64,000 nucleotides of DNA. It comes from Lama guanicoe (taxonomy: Eukaryota). Within the stretch, counting starts at the first letter, position 1. Every line of letters begins with the position of its first letter. This document shows positions 38,440 through 49,572 of this stretch, piece by piece. Location of the stretch: NCBI GenBank assembly GCA_013239625.1, contig MU054212.1, positions 2,418,001-2,482,000 of the forward strand, read 5' to 3'. Made by a program: the position numbers and the translations under genes. Below the pieces are notes generated by a model that had not been told where the DNA came from, ran no database searches, and saw nothing but the letters and a program-made list of their open reading frames with translations.

Positions 38440-39420
38440 ATGTACTGTTGCAGTGGTTTCATTAGCTATATGTCAGGTTCTTTGGGAGTCCAAATAAGGG
38501 ACACCTAGCTCACCCTAGGGGAAACAGAGTTTGTCAGAGGAGGTAATGCTGGAGGTGAATCTTAAAGTAAAATAAAAGTTAGCACGCTGGACAAGGGATC
38601 AGCAGTTTTTCAAAAGCATTTGCAAAGGAAGGAACTGCAAATGGTCTGCTGAGGCTGAAGTCTGTGGCCCACGTGAAAGGGGACTTTAACCACTGGTCAT
38701 TTGGATGTAGACGGGGACAGATGTCAAGGACCTCTCCCTCCTATTTAACCTACTTGTCATTGCCTTCTTTCAGGTTGTCACTGCCTCTCCCTGGAGGTAT
38801 TCTAATAACTTTCTAACTGCTCTCCCTTCTGCCAATCTTTGTTTCCACTTTTCAATTCATCCTCCACATTTCAAGAGACTTATCTTTCCAAAATACAGAT
38901 CAGATCACGTCATTCTTCAATTTCATCTTTACTTATGAGATTAAGTCCAAATTTCTTAGAGCAGCTCATCAACATGTTACAGCACAGCTCCTTGTCTCTC
39001 TAACTTGACCTCCTGCCTCTTCCCGCCTCACAACTTAAAATGCAGCAACACATAAGTACGCAACATAGCCTCCCATACCATGCTCCCTCACACTTCTGAC
39101 CTTTGTGCGTATCATTTCCTCTGCTTAGAAAACCTTTTCATGGGGAGAATTCTAACTCACCTTTCAAGATGCTCTTGTAAAGTAAAGTGTTTCCCACGAT
39201 GTTTGGGAAGTTATTCTTCCATCTTCTCATGGTCTTTTGCACATGTCTCTATTGTATCAATTTGCACATTGTTCTGAGTCTCTTTCTATGTGACTTCCCC
39301 ACTCAAGGGAGGAGACATATCTCAGTTTTATTTAACTTACAATTACTGTTCAGAATTAACCAGTGCCTAGCAAACAAAAGGTACTCAATGTTTGTAGAAT
39401 GAACAAATGAACCATGAATT
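38440..39420. mobile_element. L2 fragments: antisense ~38440-38720, sense ~38730-39420
   Basis: 'gaggaggtaatgctggaggtgaatcttaaag' (antisense); 'tatctttccaaaatacagatcagatcacgtca...ccagtgcctagcaaacaaaaggtactcaatgtttgtagaatgaac' (sense). Confidence 0.75.
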
Positions 39421-40166
39421 TCCTCATATTAAAATTTAAAACGTTCATTGCTTTGGCTTTTTATTTAGACCAATCATCACCATATGTCTAAACATGGAAA
39501 ATATGTCTCATCTCCCCACTCTGATTTACACCTCTTGTAGGCACTGCCCCACCTGTCAAAGGCCCATTTACTCCAAACCACTGTTTCCAAAAGCAATAGG
39601 CTTCCAATGCTGTAGAGACTCACCAAAAAAGCAAAACACCCTACTAGTAAACAGTTATAAACAACCTTTGTTAGAAATGAGCTGTATGTATTTTAAGTAC
39701 CTGATGAAATCTGTGTGAAAATGAAGGCTACTAATTTGAAGGTTCATCACACAATGTTAACCCAAACATAAGAAAATGCCTCGACACAAAGGCCTAAAAG
39801 TAAGTTCTTCCTGCCCTGGGATCAATTAATGTGTGTAAATAAGGGAACCGTGAGGAGTCTTTACACTGCCGTTTCCCAGTAGGAAAGGAGCACTTGTTCA
39901 TTCTGTGGGGAATCAGCAGGCAGACCTCACCCTGGGGCCTGCTGGTCATTCCTGTTCCTTCACGCGAACTGGCCCATGATCCTTCTATCATCCAAAGGAA
40001 AATATTTTAAAAGGGGGTGCATTTACATATGATTTGTGTCATAAAAGTTAATTCTAAAGTTCAAATCTTCATCTCACAGCTGTTTCCCAGAATGTGGAAA
40101 ACACTCTGAAGCACAGATGGTCCAAAAGACTGATGGCTTCTGCGAAAGGTAGAATTGATATTGCAC

Positions 40167-40167
40167 C

Positions 40168-40206
<39 letters not shown>

Positions 40207-40246
40207 CATGTGTATGTGTACATACACACACGCACACACATATATA
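40167..40246. repeat. Compound (TA)n(TG)n...(CA)n(TA)n microsatellite, 80 bp of strict purine/pyrimidine alternation
   Basis: Direct reading. Confidence 0.95.
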
Positions 40247-42599
40247 AGAAATTAATGTACCAATTGAAAGTAATCAGCATTTCCACAATTATTTCATGGT
40301 CATGGATTTTGTGTTCATGCTGGCTAATTAGCCAAATATGAATTATATATATATATTTTAAGTAAGTGTGTATGCATATTAAAGGTTTTTTCCCTTTATT
40401 TCATTGTGAAGTAAATTATTTGATGTGGCTACGCATAAAGCTCTAACAAACATCAAAAAGCAATCAACCAACTCTTTGAGTACCTCAAGTAGGATAATTT
40501 AGATGGTTTTTAATCATGATTATGAAAATATAATTAGGTAGTTTCATGTTTGTTGTTGAATATATGTAGGGGAAAGTGATTCTCCAAATAGAAAGTGTGG
40601 GCAGTGTTACACAGAAACCACAAGAGAATAGTGTGAATGAGGTACAGGCACGCCCGCTCGCCTGCACGTACACACACATCCACACACACACACAGAAGCT
40701 GCTGCCCCTTTCTCCAACACGTCAGCAGCTCTCATACTTAAAAAGAGTATCATTTCTTTCAAAATGCCAAAGGAAATCTTGTTTAATAAACTGATGACAT
40801 AGAAGTAGGTTGGAAAAATGCCTCCCTTTAATGTCCCCATAAACTTTAGCTGTAGACTGCAATTTAAAACAAATCCTCCCTGCCATGGACCCGACAGAAT
40901 AGGTGGGGGTGGGGGGAGCTCATCAGTGCCCAAGCAGCTCATGTGTTATTAGTGACCGCTGGGAGTAGATACAGTCATGGATCTGCACAGCTAAATGATT
41001 GTGCACTCGTGGCCTTATCTAATCCATTTGAAATACACCTGATATTTATCTAACTCCAATAGAAGTTGAAAGGATCTGCAAGTTCTCATGCCAGAGGACG
41101 AATCACACTTTTAGTAAACCACTGCCTCATGCCAGCTTATCCAGGCCTCCCCACTGTGGCCAGGAAAGGTGGCAAGAGGGACTCCATTCTCCCTCTCCCA
41201 GACAGTCCCCATTCCCTCAGAGTTCCCTAATAAACTCTCCCAAGCCACATCTTATTTTTATCCCTGTGCAGCCAGAGTTGATTACTGGCCCCATTAGAAA
41301 AATCCATCCTTCCTAGTCCATCTCAGAAATCATGTACAAGAGCTGGGGTTGCACTTGGAAGTAATTTGGTCACCAGCGAGCTGGCCCCTTTTGTTGAGAA
41401 ATTCAAAGAGTTGCAACACCATGACTTTAACAAAGCCACAATTAGAGTGGCTTTCTTCCAGCACCATATGTAATCTGTTTCACCCCGAAAAAACGAAGTT
41501 GCTGTCTGTGCACACAATTTTAGCATTTCTGGTTTTTATGCCATCTTACTTACAAGAAACTCCCAGCTGTTATAATTTGTCTCATCCATCGCTCTCTTGT
41601 AGAACCGGCCTTTGTTCCTTTTTTTCAGTGCCAGGGACTTGCTGCGTTTCACCTGATGTGATTTGTCCAGGCATTAATAATGCATCTTCAAGATGCAAGA
41701 TGCATGAATTCCTTTAGTAACAGATCTGCTGGCAGAGGGCTGTATTGTATTGTACAGCTTTGCTGCAAAAAAAGGGAAGACAAGGGGACAAAGGGAAGGT
41801 CATTAGCCTTAGAATTGAGGAGTATTGGTGATTTTAGAACATCACTCCCACCAGCTCTTGGTAAGGGCATGGCGAGGACTCTGAATATTAGACCAACAAT
41901 TTCTTAAAAAAAAAAAAAAACTTTTGACAAATCTGCAATTTGTCCCTGTAAGGGAGAGAGAGTTGCATACACAGATGACAGTTCAGGAGTTCAGGGTATC
42001 TGGTTATTCTCACGTATCACTTGGTACACATCAAGGGAAATTGCCTGTACATGGGTCCCTATTCCCCCTCTGTACCTCCAGGCACACTCCAGCTACCTTC
42101 CCAGTGGCCTTGATATAACTATTGTTATTGTTACTCATATGAATTTTTTATCACCTTGCATTTGTGAGGAGCTTGTATTTTCAAGCTGCTTTATAATCAT
42201 TAATAAGTTATTTCTCACAATTATCCTGAAAAGTAGGACAGGGCTTTTTTCCCCTCAATGCTACAGTTAAGGGAAAAGAAGTACAGACAGGTTACAATGC
42301 AAGCTGCTCCCAGGGAGTGTGCTTTCCAAAGTTGGAATAAGGACACATTTAGAAGGCCAGCCCATCTCCTCAACCAAATAGCTACCTCTGGAATGGTAAT
42401 GTGAACAATTTAAAGCAGAATGTGGGACCCAATTAGGAATAATCAGGCTCTTAGAGGACACAGCCATAAACTCCACAGGAAAATAACCCTGCTTCAGATG
42501 ATCGGATTTTGAACTCAAGGCTAGCTATACCGGCTGGCTCCAGCATCCTAGATTTTCTTAAGAAACGATGAACTTACTACGTAATGTTGAAATTCAGAA

Positions 42600-42730
42600 G
42601 TTCAGCCACAGAAACAGTACCTTGTGCAGATGATCACTTAACTTCCTGTTTCTCTGAGGACCCCTGACAAGATTGTCGATATACAACCACACCACACTCT
42701 GCGTACGGTCATCACAGTAAGTTCCTCTGC
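42600..42730 (+). mobile_element. MIR fragment
   Basis: 'accttgtgcagatgatcacttaacttcctgtttctctgagg' resembles the MIR core. Confidence 0.45.
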
Positions 42731-42857
42731 CTCTATGCCCATTCTCACCACTGCCAGCACCACCGGCCCCCCAACAACAACAACGAAAATTCTCATTTAA
42801 TCAATAACATTTGCTTTCAGGGCAGCTCTCCCTTACTGCTGTTGCATCTCTGTCTGG

Positions 42858-42871
42858 GTTACCATAGCAAC
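42858..42871. promoter_or_regulatory. RFX X-box motif
   Basis: GTTACCATAGCAAC matches the palindromic X-box consensus GTTRCCATRGYAAC. Function is untested. Confidence 0.5.
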
Positions 42872-44629
42872 TATTCTCAGAGCAGTGTGATACCCAGTTT
42901 ATACATTTCAGCCCTGTCACATGACTGACTACCTGCTTCTACTTTAATCATTGCTGGAGGGAACACTCAAAAAGTGGCTGCTTCCTGCTTCCTGTTGCAG
43001 TCCACCAAACTGCCGGCATGGTTTTACATTTCTTCCCTCAACCCAGAAAACACATGTTAATTGTGCTGACTTCCAAAGCAGAGAAGGAGGAAGACTGGAG
43101 TGGTGGATGAGGGACTCCTAACTGCTAGAATTAGCAGAGCCTTCCAGGCCTTCACAGCTAAATTCTTCTTTTCCCCAATAGAGATGCTCTGAGATGTAGC
43201 AGACCTCTTTTTTAAGATCTTAATCGCAGAATAAAAGATGTTTTCAACCTCATCCACGTCTGAGATCCATCATCCAACGGCCCCATGACCTCCGAACACT
43301 CATCTCCGTTCATGTAGCCATTTCGTGGGCCCCCTGCAAGGCAAGGCCTGGAACTTGGGACTCTCAGGAGCCTCCCCTGTTACAGCTTCGAGGGGTCCGT
43401 TTAAATCACATTATAAACCTAATGAAACACAGCTAATGAAGCACAGATGTCCTATCAGATTTGGAGCCCTGACTCCCTGTAAAAGCCCAGTAAAAATAAA
43501 TGAAAGGAGCCTTGTATCCATGGAAATGGGCAGCTCACATGTTAATCCTTCCCCCTCGCCCATTTATGAGTTCATTACCATCTCTAATTCCAGGGCTTCT
43601 GAAAGCATTTGTGGCTTCTGGGTCAGTCATTTCCTGGAAACTCATGATGGACTGGGCTTAAACATCATTGTCTTGGCCTCTTTGTTCACAGCCATGGGAA
43701 AGTAAGGAGACGTGTATTGTTTATCAGTTGCACAAGCTCCTGGTGACTTTTTTCTTTTTTGAGATGGTGACATGAATCTAGAGTTCTGTGTCCTCCTGGG
43801 ACCTCTCATGGACCGACTTCCATGTCTGTTGAGAATAACATTAAGGAATTGGATCAGAGTGACCTGATACCAAAGCATTCATTCTCTGTCACAGCACCAA
43901 TTATGCCCAACAATCATTCCTCCCTTAGATTAAGACATGAGCATTCCTTCATCAAACAGAGATGCTTTCTGCCATTACTACAGTAGCAACTACTATTTGA
44001 CAACTTCATGAAAGAAAGTGACAAAAGTGGGGGAAATTTTGTTGGGAAATAGAGTCAGGCAGAATCCAGAGCTCAAGGCAATCCCTGCGGTAACAGGCAT
44101 GGGCAGGACACTGAGGGAGAGCCGAGAAGCACACTGAGGGCATCAGCTGCCCAGTGGTCAAAAGATCAGTGAGAATAGAGGACATGCTGCAAAAAGAAGA
44201 AAAGGAATGCAGAGCATCTTTAAAAATAAAACTTGCTTCCCTCCCAGATTCAGAGTAAGATAAGAACAGCTTGATAGGAATAACTAAGTGGCTTCTTCGG
44301 GGTACAGAACAAGGGAGAAGAGGCCCTCTCTGCTCAGCCGTGTTTCTTCTTTTAGTTTTTTTGTAACTGAGTAACATTTATTCTCTCTCCTAAGATATTT
44401 GCTTACAGAAAAAAAAAAAGTTGATGTTGGAGCCAAAGTGTTTTCTCTCAGGGACATCCTTAGGGGACAACCCCCTACTTGCTTTATTTTTTAGATTTAT
44501 AACTTTGAAATTTTAAATTTTCAAACATGTCTTCTGAAGGAAAGAGTACATATTCTTAATTTAAAAGTAAATATCCGAGTGTCAATAATATTATTAGAAA
44601 GGCTCTTTGTATGTCTCTGTCACTTAATC

Positions 44630-44740
44630 GGTCATGGAGTTGTTATAGATGAGGAAACTGAGGCACAATGCATTAGAGAGACATTTTGGGGGCCACGCAT
44701 TGGTATAAGCAATAGAAAGAACCAAGGCTCTTCACAATAC
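44630..44740 (-). mobile_element. MIR fragment
   Basis: 'ttatagatgaggaaactgaggcaca'. Confidence 0.75.
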
Positions 44741-46039
44741 ATCTCAGACCCGAAGTAAGAAAGCATTACAAGCCCTAGACACTTTTCCAAAACAATCAAT
44801 TTTGTCCACCCTAATAGCTGAAAAGTGAATGCTTCATAAAAATGGTCCAAGAAATTAAAGCTTAGGCTTGTGATTATTACAGTGATTTGTCAGCGGTAGC
44901 ATATGATTTTTGGAGGAGTACCAGCTGTATTAACAAGAGGATAAGAGCGCAGTTCATTTTTCATTTGCCTAATATAGAGATCCTTGCCTGCCTCACCAAA
45001 GAGCTAAGAAGAAGTGAAAAAGCATCAATGATGTAGCAACATAAGCGACTTCACAGGGAATGATTTAAGCCTTTCACTGCCCACTAACGTGAGAGATTTT
45101 TACAGCAGATTCATGTGATGAAGTAACTGTCTGAAGTGTCAGAAATGGAAGCAACCTTGAGCAAAAAAAAAAAAAAGTTGGGGGGGAGTTATGTGGGCAG
45201 CTAAGACCATTTACCTACTCTCTGCTGTCTAAACATAAGGACCTACATGTTGACAGGAAAGGTGTTGACAGAGCCAGCTGCTTATCATGATGAAGTGTTA
45301 GATGTGCTTCACGGATCAGCAATCTGTTGCTTCAGTACTCTCTTCTCCTGGTTAAGACAAAGCCTCCACATGTGAGCAGTAAACTCATTTCATAGACAAA
45401 GCTGGGCAGACAGCTGTCCTGGCCTTCTCTGGCTAGCACTGTGTTTCCTTTCTTGTCAACTATCTTCTTTCCTTCCTTGGCCTTTTATTCAACCCAACCC
45501 TGTCACACTTCAGTAACGTGTTTCAGAAAGACTGGATTGGCTCAAATTCATAGAGCATCTCAAATATTTAAGATGCTTCAAACAGGTTCATTTTTCCTCC
45601 ACAATTTTCGAAAGTGACATAAAGACCACGGCGTTCTTTCTAAGTAACTTTCACTAATTGTTGACATTGTAAATTGAGAGATTGCCAGTGCTTTTGATGG
45701 AGTACATGCTTTGAAGTGATGGAGTATTTTAAGTTTCAGAGGTCTAAGAATTAACTTTTGCTATCACCAACCATCCCGGCCAGGTCTGTGACATGGAAGA
45801 GACAAGCTAGAAGTAGAAACCCAGGGCCCTGTGTTACTATCTTTTCCTTATTAACACTCTCTCCTAAGTTAACAACAGTTGCAAAGCTTTTTCTTTGTGG
45901 CAAAAGTCTGCAAAGAAGGTAATATCTGGCACGTTGAAATAAAGGCCTTAGGAGTATATCCTAAGCTAACAGCTCTGCATTTTAACATAAACAGAGGAAT
46001 GCAATTCCATTCTATGAAGAAAGTGTGTTTCAAAGCACT

Positions 46040-46210
46040 CTGGCATCTCTTTGCTCATGTGTGTCCTCAAGATCCCACGGAGGAAAGAATGCATTTTACA
46101 GATGAGTTAGCAGAGTTGTGTGGGACTCAGTGGCCCGAAAGAAAGCTGAGGGCAGAATCGGACTAGAATCCAGCTCTGCCACTGCCTATCCCCTGTTCTC
46201 TACTCTGTGC
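46040..46210 (-). mobile_element. MIR fragment
   Basis: 'cattttacagatgag...ggcagaatcggactagaatccag'. Confidence 0.7.
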
Positions 46211-47404
46211 TGCCAATTTTTTTCTAAAATTGAACACTCAAAAAATAAATCAGTTTCATAATTTGACTCGTTGTGTCTACTTTTGGAAAAGCACAACTAA
46301 TATACAATCAAGTATGTAAATAAAATAGCAGATTCCACAAAACCGTATCTTGAAAATGTAATGCTTTATTCTTGGATTAGGAATTTAATGATCTCTTGAT
46401 CTACTCAAAAGTTGTAAATAAATTTTTACAATCAAGTAATTTTAATACTTTAACTGAATAATTTAAGCCCTTGTATCACCAAATGAGTCCTGGACCAGGG
46501 ACTCTTAAGGTTTAGTCCTGACTCTAGGACTGGTTGCTCTCTGGGTATCAATTTTCCCCTTCATAGAATAAAGAGATTAAACCAATTTACTTCTTTAGGT
46601 TGAGATTTTATGAATTTGAAATCTTGCAGGATACTAGACTGTCTTCATAAACACTGTATCAATTCTGATCCTGCCTCGTTTTTCTCCACCAAGAAGAAAC
46701 AAGCAGTGTTTTCTCCTCTACTCCCACCAAGCCTCCCCAGAGAATGAAGAGGGACAGTCAGGTTTAAGCAGAGGCTCACAGGCCTGTGGTTTTATCAGTT
46801 CTGAAGACCCAGAGGCCCCAAGGGGACACTGGCCAGAGCAGGACTGGAGAGGGACAGGTCCCAGAAAATGAGGGGAAATTCGCCCAGCCAGCTCCCCTCC
46901 CTCAGGGAGTCACTGTGCCCTTTCCCAAGGAGTCCACAGACTCCTCTCCGTCAGCAACCAGGTGACCTCTGGCCTCTATGCAAAGACTCTCCTTTTCGGT
47001 GGGGCAAAAAGCTATAAACAGAAAGCAGATCTACTCAGCTTTGTCCTAAGAAGAACAGCTTTCCAGAAACAAAGCCCAGAAATAAAGTATGCCCCATCAC
47101 CTACCATTTCATAGGAATAATGAGTTTGTCACTAAAGATTGCTGGAACTCCTACACCTCTAAGAATACTACCTAATAGTCTGATGACGACGATGATGAAG
47201 ATAGTGGTGGTAGTGGCATGGCTATATCAACAGATACCAACCAATATTCATATGACAAATCAACTAAGTATTTTACTAAGCAAAACTACTACAATATATT
47301 TGGCAAAACAATTACCTCCATTTTTACATCTGCCTAGATATATCTACTCTAAACCACTAGCTTGAGACTATCCCTAAGAAAAATACATATAAATATATTA
47401 TTTT

Positions 47405-47770
47405 GCTCATTTCTTTCGAGCATTAATGTATTAACAAATTCACTGATCACTCTCTATATGCCAAGCGCTGTGTTAAGAATGAAAGAAAAGCCAGAAAGAT
47501 ACAGTTGTCAGCCCTCAGAGGCCACACTATCTAGGAGAACACCTGACACCAGCAGTGGTATAAGTGCTATGATAAAGATACCACAAAGTAGGAGGAGGGT
47601 ATAGCTCAAGTGGTAGAGCACGTGCTTACCACACAAGAGGTCTGGGTTCCATCCCCAGTACTTCCTCCAAACATAAATAAATGAAAAAACCTAATTACCT
47701 CCCCATCATAGAAAATAAAGATACCACAAAATACAATGACAGCCTAGGAGAAGAAAACTTTGGTAGAGAC
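47405..47770 (-). mobile_element. L2 fragment, host of the SINE
   Basis: 'aacaaattcactgatcactctctatatgccaagcgctgtgttaag...tgataagtgctatg'-like antisense L2 3' end. Confidence 0.65.
47591..47716 (+). mobile_element. Camelid tRNA-derived SINE (Vic-1-like)
   Basis: 'ggaggagggtatagctcaagtggtagagcacgtgctta...gggttccatccccagtac...aacctaattacctcccc'. Pol III A box ~47602-47613 and B box ~47644-47655. Flanking direct repeat ATAAAGATACCACAAA at 47572-47587 and 47715-47730. Confidence 0.9.
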
Positions 47771-48829
47771 TCATTTGCAAGAAAGAAAAACAAAAAATAA
47801 TTTGCCGTTTAAAAGATAAACTAATTTTAACCTTATTCCTAGTAAATGATTTAAAGGAAAAAAGAAATCAGAAATTATAAGGAAAAGACCCTTAAAAATA
47901 ACAAGGGCATTATTTTAGTTATTATTTATTTATCTGACACCTGAAAATACTCAGGTGTCAGAGTCTGGCATCTTTGGCATGGCAGGTGCGCCTAAGATAT
48001 GTTATAATGTAGTCTTGAGATACTAAGGGAAACTTGAGTTTCAGTCATTCTGATTTCATTTACACAGGAACATTCTTATCTTTCTACAAGACACATATGC
48101 TTTATGTGAGTTGAAAATTGGCAGAACATTTACAGTATCTATAACATGTTCCATCGACTTTGAGTAGTCCAGTTCTGTGGTAGACCGGTGGAGGGTGTGG
48201 TGCCAAATGGACCCTACAAAGGAAAATGTGCTGATAACTCCAAACTTGCACATCTAGTCTTAAGCACTCCGTTGATGCTGCTATACCCAGACATCCGTGC
48301 CCCATCAACAACATGCGTCGGAGTGGTAATGGTGTTTGAGCACGGCATGTCATGGCTGGGATGGCACAGTGTTTCCAACCACATGCTGGGAAAGCTTGGC
48401 TGTTAAGGCTTTACTCATCATTCCACCTCAGTCCTGATGCCATGAAGACGCCCCCCATAGCCATCCTCTCCTAATGCCAATCATTCACTTTCCCTTCCTC
48501 CTGCCAAGTATGTCCTTTCTTCTACCCAGAAGGCAAGTGGTCCAGCCACTTTTTCTACTGAGGTCTAGGAACACGCACCCTCTAATGTTTCTTTTTTTCT
48601 TGCTTTTGTATTCTCCCTCTCATAGCTCTTCTTGTCTTCTTTTTCATCCCATTTTCCTTACACTTGTACCTTTCATCCATCCTCCCTCTTTCTTCTCATA
48701 ATACTGCATCAAAGAATACATTATTTGTAGACCTATTCTCCATTCTTTATATCATCACATCACCTACTACCTGTACACATTCCCTGTTATAAGTAAGGAA
48801 GAGAATTTCTTTACGAGTTCATTTATTTA

Positions 48830-49020
48830 TTCACTCAGAAACAACAACAAAATTAGCACCTACTACACAGCAGGGACTATTCTAGACAGTAGAAATAACA
48901 TGGTAACCAAAAGACAAAGGCTCTCCTAAAGCTCACATCCAGGTGGGCAGGCAGACAATAAATAAGCAAACCGATAAAAAATAATAATAATTTTGATTAT
49001 TTTTCTATTTATGTTTAGTT
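48830..49020 (-). mobile_element. L2 3' fragment (continues after the LTR at ~49575-49720)
   Basis: 'ttcatttatttattcactc...agcacctactacacagcagggactattctagac'. Confidence 0.7.
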
Positions 49021-49024
49021 TAGT

Positions 49025-49572
49025 GTTTAGTTTTCTATTAATGCCATAACAAATTACCACACACTTAGAGGCTCAAACAACACAAATGTATTATCTCCCA
49101 GTTCTGTATGTCAGAAGCCAAATCTGAGTCTCACCCAGAAAGGGCTGCATTCCTTCCTGGAGGCTCTAGGGAAGGATCCAGTTCCTTGCTCATTCTAATT
49201 GTTGGCAGAATTCTGTTCCTTGTGGTTACAGAACTGAGGTCCCCATTTCCTTGCTGGCTGTTATCTGAGGGTCATTCCCAGCTCTAGGAACCACCTACAT
49301 TCTTTGGCTGTTCCCCTTCCTCCAACTTCCAAGCCAACAAACACAGGTCAGGTCTCTCTCACACTCCGAATCCCTTGTCCTTCTTCTCTCCACTTTTAAG
49401 GACTCATGGAATTAGATTAGGCCCCTCTGGATAATCCAAGATAATTTCCCCCTCACATGGTCTGAAACTTTAATTACATCATGTTACCATGGAAGGTAAC
49501 ATATTCTCAAATTCTGGGGAGGAGGATGTGGGCATCTTTGGTGGGCAGGGGGCAATATTCTGCCTGCTATGG
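49025..49572 (-). mobile_element. MaLR solo LTR (MLT1D-like)
   Basis: 'gccataacaaattaccacacacttag...tggaggctctagggaagg...gttggcagaatt...ctggataatccaagataat...gatgtgggcatctttgg...attctgcctgcta'. Confidence 0.88.

Noticed and set aside
43057..43335. Minus-strand ORFs in the CpG-retaining segment
   Set aside because: All frames are interrupted and show no recognisable homology; a regulatory reading is more plausible.
47591..47665. tRNA-like sequence with A and B boxes
   Set aside because: It is the head of a SINE with tail and TSD, and no intact cloverleaf is evident.
48134..48213. Possible minus-strand exon after 'ttttcctttgtag'
   Set aside because: The donor (CT|GTAAAT) is weak, the peptides are unrecognisable, and the frame does not clearly link to the 29-kb candidate.
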